A DNA stretch of 64,000 nucleotides from Trueperaceae bacterium (GCA_034520945.1 JAXHNB010000001.1:256001-320000), one strand, 5' to 3'. Counted from the stretch's first letter, positions 50,045-63,650 are shown. The notes: generated by a model from the sequence alone, not told the origin. Made by a program: numbers and translations.

Positions 50045-51558
50045 GGCGCCGCCTCCAGGAACGCTTGGGCGGCCTCGTCGCCGAGCACGGCGCGGACGTA
50101 GCCTTGCGGGTTCATCAGTTCGTCCCCCGCGGCTTGGGACAGCGCCAGGAACGGCCCGCTCCAGAACCCGATCAGCAGGGTCACCGCGGCCAACCCCGCG
50201 ACCGGCGCGATCATCGCCCACGGCGGGCGCGGGCCCACCTCGCGCCCCTCCGGGGCGGGCTTCCAGAACGCGGCCTGCCAGATCTTGGTCATGGAGTAGA
50301 TGGTCAGCAGGCCCACCACCAGCGCCACCGCCACCAGGGCCCAGTTGCCGCTCTCGACCCCCGCGAGCAACACGGCCAGCTTGGCCCAGAACCCCGACAG
50401 CGGCGGGAAGCCGGCCAGCGAGAAGGCCGGCACCAGGAACAACGCCGCCAGCAACGGCCGGTGCCGGTACAGCCCGCCCAAGCGGTCGAGCTCGAAGCTG
50501 CCGCCGGCGTGCCGCGCCAGGCCCGACACGAAGAACAGGTTCGCCTTGACGATGATGTGGTGCACCAGGTAGAACACCGCCCCCGCCAGGGCGAACGGCG
50601 TGTACAGCGCCAGTCCCATGATCATGTAGCCGATCTGGCTGATGATGTGAAACGACAGGATCTTGCGGAACTCGTTCTGCGCGGCGGCGCCCAACACGCC
50701 GGTCAGCATGGTGAACCCCGCCAGCCACGCCAGGACCCCGTGCGTCCACCCCACGTCCTGCGTGAACAACAGCGTGAACGCGCGCATCAGCGCGTACACG
50801 CCGACCTTGGTGAGCATGCCGGCGAAGATCGCCGACACCGCCACCGGCGGGGTGTGGTACGAGGCCGGCAACCAGAAGAACAGCGGGAAGATCGCCGCCT
50901 TGATCCCGAACGCCACCAGGAACAACATCGCCAGCACCGTGGCCAGCGCGTCCGGGACGTGGTGCAGCGCCCCGGCCAGGTCGGCCATGTTCAGAGTGCC
51001 GGTCGCGCCGTAGGTGAGGCCGATCGCGGCGAGGAACAACAGCGACGACACCAGGTTCACCGCGACGTACTTGAGGCCGCCCTCCAGCTGCGCGCGCCGG
51101 TTGCCGAGCGTCAACAGCGTGAACGACGCGATCAGCAGCACCTCGAACCAGACGTACATGTTGAACAGGTCGCCGGTGAGAAAGGCGCCGTTGATGCCCG
51201 CGAGGAGCACCTGGAACAGCGGGTGGTACCCCAGCGCCTCGCGGGCTGGATCGATGTCCCGCAGCGCGTACACGGCCGTCGCGAACGCCATCAGCCCGCT
51301 GATGGCCGTCATGATGGCGGACAGGTGGTCGGCCACCAGGCTGATGCCGAACGGCGCGGGCCAGCCCCCCGCCTGCATCACCTGGATGCCGTCCTGCGAC
51401 ACGCGCGCCAGCAGCGCCAGCGTCAGCAGCAGCAACGCCGCGCTGGCCCCGGTCGAGATCCAGCGTTGGGCACTGCGGCGGCCGTACAGCGCGAAGCCCA
51501 GGGCGGCCGCCGCCAGCGGAAGGGCGACGGGGGAGACCAGCAGCCAGTTCACGGCCAC
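50041..51558 (-). CDS. mrpD: Mrp subunit D (copy 2)
   Basis: As copy 1 with V>L and A>T substitutions. Confidence 0.94.
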   Translation of the reverse strand: MAVNWLLVSPVALPLAAAALGFALYGRRSAQRWISTGASAALLLLTLALLARVSQDGIQVMQAGGWPAPFGISLVADHLSAIMTAISGLMAFATAVYALRDIDPAREALGYHPLFQVLLAGINGAFLTGDLFNMYVWFEVLLIASFTLLTLGNRRAQLEGGLKYVAVNLVSSLLFLAAIGLTYGATGTLNMADLAGALHHVPDALATVLAMLFLVAFGIKAAIFPLFFWLPASYHTPPVAVSAIFAGMLTKVGVYALMRAFTLLFTQDVGWTHGVLAWLAGFTMLTGVLGAAAQNEFRKILSFHIISQIGYMIMGLALYTPFALAGAVFYLVHHIIVKANLFFVSGLARHAGGSFELDRLGGLYRHRPLLAALFLVPAFSLAGFPPLSGFWAKLAVLLAGVESGNWALVAVALVVGLLTIYSMTKIWQAAFWKPAPEGREVGPRPPWAMIAPVAGLAAVTLLIGFWSGPFLALSQAAGDELMNPQGYVRAVLGDEAAQAFLEAAP

Positions 51559-51956
51559 GTCGCGTCCTCGTCCTCTTCGGGTTCGTCCAGGCCCGGCACC
51601 GGCCGTGGGTCGGCCATGCGTTCCGCCATGCGTTCGGTCTTGACCGTGCCGAGCCGTTCGTAGGTCCGCAGCAGCAGCACCAGCGTGAACACGGTGAGTC
51701 CGAAGCTGATCACGATCGCGGTGAGGATCAATGCCTGCGGCAGCGCGTTGGCGGCCCCGTCCGGGGGGACGGACGCGCCTGCGGGCACCAACGGCGGCAC
51801 CTCTTTTGTCAGGCGGCCCAGCACGAAGATCGCGACGTTCACCGAGCCGGACATCAGGATGAGCCCGAACACGAAGCGCAGCATGTTGCGTTGCATCACC
51901 AGGTACAGGCCGGAGGCGAAGAGCGCCCCGACCACGATCGCGACGGGGACCTCCAT
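51549..51956 (-). CDS. mrpC: Mrp subunit C (copy 2)
   Basis: As copy 1 with a G>E change near the C-terminus. Confidence 0.93.
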   Translation of the reverse strand: MEVPVAIVVGALFASGLYLVMQRNMLRFVFGLILMSGSVNVAIFVLGRLTKEVPPLVPAGASVPPDGAANALPQALILTAIVISFGLTVFTLVLLLRTYERLGTVKTERMAERMADPRPVPGLDEPEEDEDATWP

Positions 51957-52366
51957 CAGTGTTCCTCCAACGCGAACAACATGGTGAGCACCACCCCGAT
52001 CACCACCAGGTACACCCCGACGTCGAACAACAGCGGCGTGCTGAGTTTGATCTCCAGCGCACCCAAATCGCGGATCCACCATAGGCCGGTAAGGAACTCC
52101 TGGCCCGCCAGGGCGGCCAACAGGCCCGCTCCCGCGGCGGCGGAGAGGCCCACGCCGATCACGATCTGGGGCTTCACCCGCAGCAGTTCCGCGGCCGCCC
52201 GGGCACCGTCCGAGATGGCGTATAGGGCGAGCGCCGCCCCTGCCACGAGCCCGCCGATGAACCCGCCGCCCGGCAGGTCGTGCCCACGCAGCAGCAGGAA
52301 CACCGACAACAACAGCAGCACCGTGATCAGCAGGCGGGTGGTCGTCCGGAGGATCACGCTGTTCAT
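51956..52366 (-). CDS. mrpB: Mrp subunit B (copy 2, divergent allele)
   Basis: Same motifs; many substitutions (e.g. [20 protein letters not shown] vs [20 protein letters not shown]). Confidence 0.93.
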   Translation of the reverse strand: MNSVILRTTTRLLITVLLLLSVFLLLRGHDLPGGGFIGGLVAGAALALYAISDGARAAAELLRVKPQIVIGVGLSAAAGAGLLAALAGQEFLTGLWWIRDLGALEIKLSTPLLFDVGVYLVVIGVVLTMLFALEEH

Positions 52367-54824
52367 GGCGTGCCCCCCTCCTCGGGCGGATCCGACCGTT
52401 CGGAGGGGTCGCCCGGGCCCTCCCCGTCTCCGGCGTCGCCGTCGGGGTCGCGGCGGCCCGCCGGCATCGGTGCGGCCGCCGCGCGCGAGGACGCCAGGCT
52501 CCGGAACGGTCCTGGGGCGGCGCTCGGGGCGTCGGGATGCGGACGGCTCCGGGCGCGCTGCAGCAGGGAGAACACCCCCGTGGCGGCCACGGCCAGCACC
52601 GTGATCTCGCCGAGCGTGTCCAACGCGCGGAAGTCGACCAGGATCACGTTCACGATGTTTCGGCCGTGGGCGGCGGGGTAGCTCTGCTGCTCGAAGTAGG
52701 TCGTGAGGGTGGGGTCGAACGGCGTCGACAGCACCGCCAGCATCAGGGTGGTCAGCAGGATGCCGCCCGTCACCGCCACCACCCCGGCCAGGGCGCGCAC
52801 GCCGTCCCGGACCGGCTCGCGCAGCAAGGCGTGCGGGAGCCGCACCAGCACCAGCGCCACGATGATCACCACCAGCGTCTCGACCAGGAACTGCGTGATG
52901 GCCAGGTCGGGGGCGGCGAACAGCACGAACACGAATGCGATGCCGAACCCGACCACCCCCAGCGCCGTGATCGCCTCCAGGCGCGAGTGGGCGCGGACCA
53001 CCGCCAGCGCCGCCACCACCGTGATCAGCAGGAACAGGTACTCGTACACCGTGCCGCCGGTGAATGGCGGGGCGATGCGGAGTCCGCCCTTCACCGCCAG
53101 CGTGAGCGCGGTCAGGCCGAACGCGAAGGAGAGGATGATCGTGAGGTAGTGCCGCAGGTCGTTCGACTGCAGCACCCGCGTCTGCCACTGCGCCAGGCGC
53201 ACCAGCCCCCCATGGTGTGTTCGTAAGCCTGCGCCGGGCCGAACGATCGCTCGCCGTACCGCCTGCGGAGCATGAGGTGTACGGCCCGCCAACGCCAGGT
53301 GAGAACGGCCCCCAACAGGAGCGTCACCGCCGACAGGCCCAGGGCGGGGGTGAGGCCATGCCACAGGTAGATCGACACCCCGGTCGCAGCGCCGTGCACC
53401 GCGCCGGCGGCCGGCGCCAGCAGACCGTCCTGCACCAGGGCAGGCGCCACCCCGAACACGAGTCCCAGACCGGCCAGCGTCATCGGGCCCGCCGTCATCG
53501 ACAGCGGCGCCTCGTGGGGCGCCTTGGGGGCGCGTGGCGTGCCGCCGGCGAAGGGGCGCCACGCCACCAGCACTGTGATCACCACCATCGCGGCGTTGGC
53601 CGCGACCAGGACGGCCAACGGCAGTGGCTGCGACAGGAGCGACTCGTAGACGAGTTCCTTGCCGACGAAGCCGAGCATGGGCAGGATCCCCGCCGCACTG
53701 AGGCCGGCCGCCAGCGCGATGGTCCACGTCACCGGCATCAGGCGCCCCACCCCGGACAACTCGGTGACGTCCCGCGTGCCGGCCTCGTGATCCAGGCTTC
53801 CGGCCACCATGAACAGCGGCGCCTTGTACAGCGCGTGCGCCAGCATGTACACCACCATGGCGGTGGCGGCGTAGCGGGTGTCGATGCCGATCAGCAGCAC
53901 GAGGGTGCCCAACGCGATCAGCGTCGAGTAGGCCAGCAACCGTTTGGCGTCGCGTTGCAGCAGCGCCAGCACCGCCGCCGCCACCACGGTGGCTGCGCCC
54001 GCCAGCACCAACAGCCAGGTCCACGCCGCGGTGCCGCCCAACGCCGGAGCGGTGCGGGCCAACAGGTACACGCCCGCTTTGACCATGGTGGCGCTGTGCA
54101 GGTAGGCGGACACCGGCGTGGGGGCCGCCATGGCGTTGGGCAGCCAGAAGTGGAACGGGAACTGCGCCGACTTGGTGAACGCGCCGGCGGCGACCAGTGC
54201 CAGCATGGGCAGGTACCACCCCGAGGCGTGCAGGAGCGCTGGATCGGCCAGGATCTCGGAGATGCGGAAGGTGCCGGCGGCGGCGCCCATCATCAGGAAG
54301 CCTGCCAGCATGGCCAGCCCCCCGGCCGCGGTCACCAGCATGGCCTGCAGCGCGTTGGCGCGGCTGCCGGCGTCCTCGTGGCCGTAGCCGATCAGGAAGT
54401 AGGAGGTGAAGCTGGTCAACTCCCAGAACACGAACAGCGTGATCAGGTCGTCGGCCAGGACGACGCCCAGCATGGCGCCCATGAAGGCGAACAGCAGCAG
54501 GAAAAAGCGTGGCAACTGCCGGTCGCCGCGCAGGTACCCCCCGGCGTACACGGTGATCACCGTGCCGATCCCCGTGATCATCAGCGCGAACAAAAGCGAC
54601 AGGCCGTCCAGGCGGAAGGCCGCGTCGACCCCGAGTTGGGGCACCCACGTCACGCTCTGCACCAGCGCACCGCCGTCGCGCACGGCCGGCGACAGCGCCA
54701 GGAAGTAGGCGGTCAGCCCTCCGGGCAATAGGGCCAGGACCCAGCCGGCGCGGTCGGCCAGCGGCCGGGTCAGGACCGGCGCGGCCAACCCGGCGGCGAA
54801 CGCGGCCAGAACGGCGATCAGCAT
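52363..54824 (-). CDS. mrpA: Mrp subunit A (copy 2), 1-bp deletion frameshift near 53206
   Basis: ACCAGTCCCCCCATG (copy 1) vs ACCAGCCCCCCATG (copy 2). Confidence 0.9.
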
Positions 54825-55168
54825 GGCGGCACCCCGGTCGCCTCCCGGGGGGCACGCGGCGGTGCGCCGGCGGGCCTGCGGGCGTCAGGGGGAACGGTCG
54901 TACGGGCCACGGCGGGTCCGTGCGGCCTGCTCATCGATCATGCCTCCTCGGCGCCGGCCCAGGGGGCGGCTGGGTGCGAACATCGGGACGCGAACGCGGA
55001 TCGATCCGAAGCGGCCCAGGGCCGACCGCGGACCGCGTCCGCCCTGCGGGCGGCGGTTCCGCGCGCGTGCGTGACGCCGATTGTATACCGGGGGCGCGTC
55101 CCCCTGGGCATCCCGCCCGGCATGCGGTCGGCACGGGCGGCGTCTGGCGGCCGTCCGTGCGGGCGCCG

Positions 55169-56959
55169 CTACCGTGCGACGCCGGTGGGTTCCGCTTCGG
55201 GCTGCAGGTAGGCGAGGACGCCGCCGGCCCGGTACAGCGCCCGGTCGTACGCCGGCGGCGGCGCGGCTTCGAAGGCGTGACCGTCGATCCAGACGCGGCC
55301 CGCGTCCGGGTCCACGCGCACCACGCTGTCGGGTGCGACGCGCTGGAACGCGTCGGGCGCCGCCAGGGTCAGCACGGGCAGCCCTTCGTCGCGGGCGCCC
55401 GCGAGGTAGACCGGCGCCACGCCGCGTGCCACCACGGCCTGCACGCCGGCTGCGCGCAGGGCCCGCACCGAGGAGGCGCGGTTGCTGCCGACCCCGAACA
55501 CCCCGTCGGCCAGCACCACCCCGCCGTCCAGCGCGTCCAGCACCTGCGGACGCGCCGATTCGGGCAGGAGGTGGTGGAACAGCAGGCGGCGCAGCACGGC
55601 CGGGTCCCCGTCCGCGCTGGTGCCGACGCCGGGCACCGCCGAGGGCGTCAGGTCGTCGGTGGTGACGGTGCCGTGCAGCAGCAACGCATTGCCGTGGCGC
55701 GGCCGTTGCAGGCCGGGTCGGGACCGTGATGGCGCACAGGCGCCCGCCTCGGTGCCGCGCCCGCCGGCGCCCGTCGCGCCGAGCCGGCCCGTGCGGGCCG
55801 CCCGGCCCGCCGTCCGTCCCGAGGCCAACAGGATCTCGGCGTCCGCTGCGCCCATGCGGCCCGCCGCGTTGCGGTTGCCGGTCGTGACCGCTCGGGCGCC
55901 GGGGCCCAGACGGCCGGGGCCGAAGCCGAAGCAGGGGCCGCAGCCCGGCGGGAGCACGGTGACGCCGGCGCGCACGAGCCGTGCCAGCACGCCGGATTCG
56001 TCCAGCCGGCGCGCCACCTCGCGCGAGGCGGGCGCGACCCAGGCCGGTACGCGCGTACGCGCGCCGAGCGCCTCCGCGAACGCGGCGATCTCCTCGACCG
56101 TTCCCCCGGAGCACGTCCCCACGAACACCTGGTCCACGCGGTCCCCCGCCAGGTCGTCCAGTGCCACCACGTCGGAGGCGCTTCCGCCCCGCGCCACCCG
56201 GGGCGTGATCCGGTCCAGGTCCAGACGCAACGCGGCGAACGTGCCCGCCTCCCCCGCGGGCGTGGCGGTCCGCGCGTCCGGCGTGAACACGGCGGTGATC
56301 GCCGTGGCCTCGGGGGCGGCGTTGGCCAGCACCGCCCGCTCCGAGGCGCTCAGCGACGCCACGCCCGCCCCGTGGAACTCCAGCGCGCGGCCACAGGCGA
56401 CCGGAAGGCCCGTCCCGTCGTCGCGGAGGCGGGACAGCAGCGTCAACATGGCGTCCCGCGCGCTGACGCCCGGCGCCAGGCGTCCGCGCAGCTCCACCCC
56501 GACGGTGTGCGGCACCACCAGCGGCAGGTGTCCCGTGTGCATGCAGGCGGCGAACGTGGTCGGCTGAGCGGCGAACGCCGCCGCCCCGAACGCGCCCAGG
56601 GTGGGTGCGTGCGAGTCGTTGCCGACCACCACGTCGCCGGGGCGCACGTAGCCGGCGGCGGGCAGGACGTGGTGCTGGATGCCCTCCCGCGCCAGCAGGG
56701 TGGCGTCGTACGTTCCTACGAACGCATCCCGCTCGTGCAGGAGCCGCACGGCGCGTTCGCGCTCCTCGCCCTGGTAGGTGCCCGGGTCGTAGGTGTGGTC
56801 GTGCACCAGCACCAGCGGACTGGCGGCGCGCGTCGTCCCCAACGCCTGCAGTGGCGCGCGCAAGGCCGGCGTGGTCCAGTCGTCGGTGACCAGCAGATCG
56901 ATGGCGCGCCGCACCGGCGTGCCCGCCGGGGCGCCCAGCAGGCGCTCGATGGCCGTCAC
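55169..56959 (-). CDS. Fused LeuC-LeuD aconitase-family protein (copy 2)
   Basis: As copy 1 with two local patches of substitutions. Confidence 0.85.
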   Translation of the reverse strand: MTAIERLLGAPAGTPVRRAIDLLVTDDWTTPALRAPLQALGTTRAASPLVLVHDHTYDPGTYQGEERERAVRLLHERDAFVGTYDATLLAREGIQHHVLPAAGYVRPGDVVVGNDSHAPTLGAFGAAAFAAQPTTFAACMHTGHLPLVVPHTVGVELRGRLAPGVSARDAMLTLLSRLRDDGTGLPVACGRALEFHGAGVASLSASERAVLANAAPEATAITAVFTPDARTATPAGEAGTFAALRLDLDRITPRVARGGSASDVVALDDLAGDRVDQVFVGTCSGGTVEEIAAFAEALGARTRVPAWVAPASREVARRLDESGVLARLVRAGVTVLPPGCGPCFGFGPGRLGPGARAVTTGNRNAAGRMGAADAEILLASGRTAGRAARTGRLGATGAGGRGTEAGACAPSRSRPGLQRPRHGNALLLHGTVTTDDLTPSAVPGVGTSADGDPAVLRRLLFHHLLPESARPQVLDALDGGVVLADGVFGVGSNRASSVRALRAAGVQAVVARGVAPVYLAGARDEGLPVLTLAAPDAFQRVAPDSVVRVDPDAGRVWIDGHAFEAAPPPAYDRALYRAGGVLAYLQPEAEPTGVAR

Positions 56960-56978
56960 GGGTCGCTCCGGGCGCGGA

Positions 56979-58285
56979 TCACGAACGAGCGCCGGCCTCG
57001 AAGCAGTAGCGGGGCGCATCGAAGCGCCGGGCCAGAGCGATCACGTCGTGGCGGACCCGTTCGATGGCGCGGCGGCCGGTGAGCACGTCGGCGATGGCGC
57101 CCGATAGGTCCGCCATTTCGCCCTCGCCCATGCCGAGGCGGGTGATCTCGGGCACGCCCAGGCGCAGGCCCTTTTGCCCGAGGGTGGGGATCAGGTTGAC
57201 GTTGCCGATCAGGTGTGCGTCGTGCAGGCGCTCCACCGCCTCGTCGGGCGGCATCTGCGGCCGCACGTCCAGCCATACCTGGTGCGACGCCGTGCGCTGG
57301 GCGCCGCCCTGTACGGCGAGCCCGTGTCCGGCCAGCCCCTCCGCCAGCGCCCGGGCATTGGCGAGCATCTGCCGCGCGTAGTCGGCGCCGAACGCCCGCA
57401 TCTCGGCCAGGGTCACCGCCAGGGCCGCCACGTGATGGAGATGGAAGTTGGAGACGTGACCGGGGAAGATCGTCGCCTCGACCGCCTCCATCAGCTCGTC
57501 CCGGTCGGTGAGGATCATGCCCTTCTGCGGGCCTGGCAGCGACTTGTGGCAGCTGCCCGACAGCACGTCGGCCCCCTCGCGGAGCGGGTCCTGAAAGGTG
57601 CCGCCCAGGATCAGGCCGAACACCTGGGACGCGTCGTACACGATGATGGTGTCATTGCCCGCCAGCCGGCGCAGCTCCCGCACCGGGTGGGGGAACAGCA
57701 CCATCGACGCGTCCAGGTAGATCACGTCCGGCGGTGCCTCGGCGAAGGCGTGCGCGCACGCGCCCAAGTCCACCACCGCGTTCGTGCGGTCGAAGGGCAG
57801 CAGGTGCCGGTCGGCGCCGATGCGGTCGGCCACGCTGCGGGCCGCGAAGTGGCCGCCGTCCTCCATCGCCAGGTGATAGAACACGTCGCCCGGCCCGACC
57901 AGCGCGTCGATCACGATGTTGGTGCAGTTCTCGCCCGACAGTGGGCGTACGTTGGCGTGGCGGACGCCGAACGCCTCGCGCGCCAGGTCCTTGGCCGACT
58001 CCTCCAGCGTGGCCAGGTGCTTGCCGCCGACGTAGCGCCACTGCGGGTTCTGGAACAGGTAGCGGTGCGAGGCGTCGCTGGCCAGCACGCGCCGGGCCAA
58101 CGGGCTGAGCACGTTCTCGGTGGGGACCAGGCCGATGCAGTCGCGGCGGTAGGCGTCGTGCTGGTCCACCGCGGCCAGCACGTCCGCCAGTTGGGGCACG
58201 GCATGGTCCGCCTGGGGCGTGGCCGGGGCGTGATGCCGGGCGTGGGGTGGAGCGAGGGGGTCGAAGAGGTGGGGGGTCGGGTCAT
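56979..58285 (-). CDS. Non-canonical SHMT-fold PLP enzyme (copy 2), 1-bp homopolymer deletion near the 5' end (~58258)
   Basis: As copy 1; G6 run is G5 here. Confidence 0.8.
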
Positions 58286-58607
58286 GACGGACACCTGCCA
58301 GGGGCTGGGGGCGAGACGGTTGCCGTCGGCGGGGTGCCTGGACGGCGTGGCCTTCGGTGCTGGGCCGATGCCGCGCGGGTGCCTTCATTCCGAAAGTGGA
58401 AGCCGCGCCCGCTCGACACTGGGCCTAAGGAAACCAAAGATTGCGACGAATTGCAAGCGATCCGAAAGCGACCCGGGGCCCGCCGTCACCCGAGTCGAGA
58501 CGCGGCCGAGGGGGCGTGGACGCCCTGGCGCGGGTCCTGCCCGCGCGAGGACGGCCGGGACGTTCGCCCGCCCGCAGGTTCGGTAGGCTGACCGGCAAGG
58601 AGGCCCC

Positions 58608-58925
58608 ATGGACGTACCCGAGGGCGCACAGGAACAGATGGAGCTGCTGTACGGACGCGAAGCGTGGACGTTGCTGCACGCCTGGATCGGCGAGGGCGCC
58701 GTCCTCGCCGTGGTCGCCGTCGCGGCCGACGGCGTGTTCGACCAGGAGGAGGACGCGTTCAACGTGGACGGCGTACGCCTCGACTACCTGCAGTTGACGG
58801 AGGAGGAGGACGGGGCCTGGTCGTCCAGCGTCGACGCCAGCGCCGAGCTCGGTGACGTGTTTGGCGAGTTGGTGCACGCCTTCGAGCATCGCGAACACAG
58901 CGGGAGCGAGCCGCTCGAGTCCTGA
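58608..58925 (+). CDS. Small acidic hypothetical protein (copy 2)
   Basis: As copy 1. Confidence 0.65.
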   Translation: MDVPEGAQEQMELLYGREAWTLLHAWIGEGAVLAVVAVAADGVFDQEEDAFNVDGVRLDYLQLTEEEDGAWSSSVDASAELGDVFGELVHAFEHREHSGSEPLES

Positions 58926-58951
58926 AGCAGGGGCGCGCCCTGGGGGTGGCG

Positions 58952-59509
58952 ATGCCTGGGCGACCGCTCCGTGCGTTCGCGCATGGACTGTGCCGCAGTG
59001 CTGTCGCGCTGGCGTGGGGGGTGCTCATCGCCGCCTGCGCGCCCGGGCCCACCTCGGGGGTGGTCGCCACGGCGCAGGTCGGTGACGCGGCCGACGGCGC
59101 TAGGGAGGGGGTTTCCCCCCGGGCCGAGCTCGTTGCGCTGGCGAACCGGGCCCGTAGCGAACCGCGCGCCTGCGGCGACAGCTGGTTCGACGCGGCCGAA
59201 CCGCTGCAGATCGACCCCACCCTGATGGACGTCGCGCAGGCGCACAGCGAGGATCAGCGCGCCTTGGGCGTGGCCACCCACGTCGGGCCCGAGGGGCGCG
59301 GTCCGTCCGGCCGCGTGGAGGACAGCGTGTACGAATGGTCGCGCGTGGGGGAGAACGTGGCCTCGGGGTACGACTCGGCGCAGAGCCTCGTCCGGGCGGT
59401 CCTGGACAGCGAGGGGCATTGCGCCAACCTCATGGACCCGGACTTCCGCCACACCGGCGTGGGCCTCTCCGGCGGCTACTGGACGCAGGTGTTCGCGACG
59501 CCGCGCTGA
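58952..59509 (+). CDS. CAP (SCP/PR-1) domain lipoprotein, intact
   Basis: LIAAC lipobox, NRAR..C, AQAHS, GENVASG, SEGHCANLM, YWTQVF. Confidence 0.87.
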   Translation: MPGRPLRAFAHGLCRSAVALAWGVLIAACAPGPTSGVVATAQVGDAADGAREGVSPRAELVALANRARSEPRACGDSWFDAAEPLQIDPTLMDVAQAHSEDQRALGVATHVGPEGRGPSGRVEDSVYEWSRVGENVASGYDSAQSLVRAVLDSEGHCANLMDPDFRHTGVGLSGGYWTQVFATPR

Positions 59510-59602
59510 CGCACGTGCGGGTCGAAGCCCGTCGCTCGCGGCGTCGGCGCCGGGACACGTTCGAATGGGACGTTCGTCACACCATGCCCCCCGCCAAGGA
59601 TG

Positions 59603-59611
59603 TGCTAGGCT
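59603..59611 (+). promoter_or_regulatory. Extended -10 promoter upstream of the riboswitch
   Basis: TGcTAGGCT about 25 nt before the aptamer. Confidence 0.5.
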
Positions 59612-59635
59612 ACGTCACATAGAGGGGCCCCAGGT

Positions 59636-59712
59636 CCCTCGGAGGCGATGAACTCGTGTCCGCTAATTGGGCGCTTGGACGCGAGGGAGCCAGTAGCGCA
59701 ACCGGCTGAGGG
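59636..59712 (+). ncRNA. c-di-GMP-II riboswitch
   Basis: P1 CCCUCGG/CUGAGGG; GGC/GCC plus GAUGA/GGA kink-turn; helix CUCGUGUCC/GGACGCGAG; loop AAUUGGGCGCUU; pseudoknot GCGCU/AGCGC; AGUAGCGCAACCGGC 3' signature. Confidence 0.85.
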
Positions 59713-59823
59713 CGGGGTCTCGCTTTTTGTTTCCCTGAATGGCCGGAGCCATCATGGCTCCACGAGATCCGCTCCCTTCGGATGGACGCTACCCAACCGC
59801 GCGCCGGATTGGGGACGGATCTC

Positions 59824-60390
59824 ATGGCTGGACTCGCAAGGAACGCCCGCTCCAAGAGGGTCGGACAAGGACTGTTGCGTGCGCTGGCGGCCACGCTTCT
59901 CGTCGGACTGCTCGCCGCTTGTGGCACCTCGCTGGACGCACCCGTCGGCGAAGGCGACGAGCTGGTCGAAACCGCCAGCGGCGTCGAGATCAGCGAAACG
60001 CTGAACGAGCTGCTGGAGCTCGTCAACGACGTCCGCAGCGAAGGTCGCCAATGTGGGACCGAGTCGTACGACCCGGTGGCGCCGGTCACGGTCGACGCCA
60101 CGTTGCTGCTGGTGGCTGAACTGCACAGTAATGATCAGTTCCAGGCGAAGGAGATGTCGCACCGGGGTTCGGACGGCAGCTGGCCGTCCGAGCGCGTACG
60201 CGCGGCCGGCTACGGCTGGCGCACCGTCGGCGAGAACGTGGCCTGGGGGTACGCCACGGCCGAGCAGGTTCTCGAGGGCTGGCTGGAAAGCCCCGGTCAC
60301 TGCGGGACGATCATGAACGGCGATTTCACCGAAGTCGGCCTGGCGGTCGAAGGGAGCTACTGGACGCAGGTGTTCGCCGCGCCGATGTAG
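59824..60390 (+). CDS. CAP-domain lipoprotein (paralogue, downstream of the riboswitch)
   Basis: LLAAC lipobox, VNDVRSEGRQC, AELHS, MSHRGSDGS, GENVAWG, WLESPGHC, YWTQVF. Start could be 59782. Confidence 0.87.
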   Translation: MAGLARNARSKRVGQGLLRALAATLLVGLLAACGTSLDAPVGEGDELVETASGVEISETLNELLELVNDVRSEGRQCGTESYDPVAPVTVDATLLLVAELHSNDQFQAKEMSHRGSDGSWPSERVRAAGYGWRTVGENVAWGYATAEQVLEGWLESPGHCGTIMNGDFTEVGLAVEGSYWTQVFAAPM

Positions 60391-60500
60391 CCGTCTCGAC
60401 CCCGCGCGACGTTCCACCAGCCGTTTTCCGCCGCCCGAGGCTTGCGTCGGGCGGCCTCGTTCATGGCCGGGCGCACGTCACGCGGGCGGTGTCCTGGAGT

Positions 60501-63039
<2,539 letters not shown>

Positions 63040-63047
<8 letters not shown>

Positions 63048-63414
63048 GGTACTTGAGGGCCTCCATGAGCTCGTCTACGATGGCGTCGGTGTCGCCGCGC
63101 GTCGAGGCGGTGGCCACGTGATCGCGGACGTGGGCGCGCAGCACAGTGCCGTTGGCGCGCGTCAGGGCGCCCTGGACGGCTTTGATCTGTTTGAGCACGT
63201 CGACGCAGTACACCTCGGGGTCCTCCAGCATCCGTACGATGCCGTCGAGGTGACCGCGGGCGCTCTTGAGGCGCAGCGACGCGTCGCGGCGCGTGTCGGG
63301 GTCGAGGTGCAGGCAGTCGGCGACGCCGGGGGCGGAGCCCTCGCGTGCCGGTTCGACGGGCGTGTCGGGCTCGGGCGCCTCCGGGAGCGAGGATTCCGTG
63401 GCGGCGCGGGTCAT
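63040..63414 (-). CDS. csoR: CsoR-family metal-sensing repressor
   Basis: [38 protein letters not shown]. Confidence 0.9.
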
Positions 63415-63608
63415 GACGCGGGCGTGGCGGTGTAGCCTTCCTCGGCCACGGCCGCCACCAGTCGTTCCACGTCGCCGCCCTCGACCCGGGCGTGCCCGGC
63501 GTCCAGGTCGACGTCGACGCGGGTGACGCCGTCGACCGAGCCGAGCGCCTCCTCGACCGCCTTCTTGCAGTGTCCGCAGGTCATGCCCTGGATGGTGAAC
63601 TCGTTCAT
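63411..63608 (-). CDS. copZ: Copper chaperone
   Basis: GMTCGHC HMA motif, VAEEGY C-terminus, 65 aa. Confidence 0.92.
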   Translation of the reverse strand: MNEFTIQGMTCGHCKKAVEEALGSVDGVTRVDVDLDAGHARVEGGDVERLVAAVAEEGYTATPAS

Positions 63609-63650
63609 GTTGGGTCCTTTCCGGCCGCGTGCGCGGCGCCCCCATGGGCC

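Larger units (their letters stand above)
39201..59488 (+). repeat. Tandem duplication, copy 2
   Basis: Direct comparison with 18900-39200; junction reads ...CTGGACGCAG|CACGACCCCGACCAAGCCCC... Confidence 0.97.

Noticed and set aside
18900..59488. Duplicated unit as a prophage, ICE or transposon
   Set aside because: No integrase, transposase, phage gene, att-like repeat or terminal inverted repeat; the cargo is housekeeping or metabolic.
59475..60377. 22-bp identity GCTACTGGACGCAGGTGTTCGC shared by the two CAP genes, considered as a recombination site or CRISPR-like repeat
   Set aside because: It encodes the conserved YWTQVF motif of paralogues and has no counterpart at the left breakpoint (18900).
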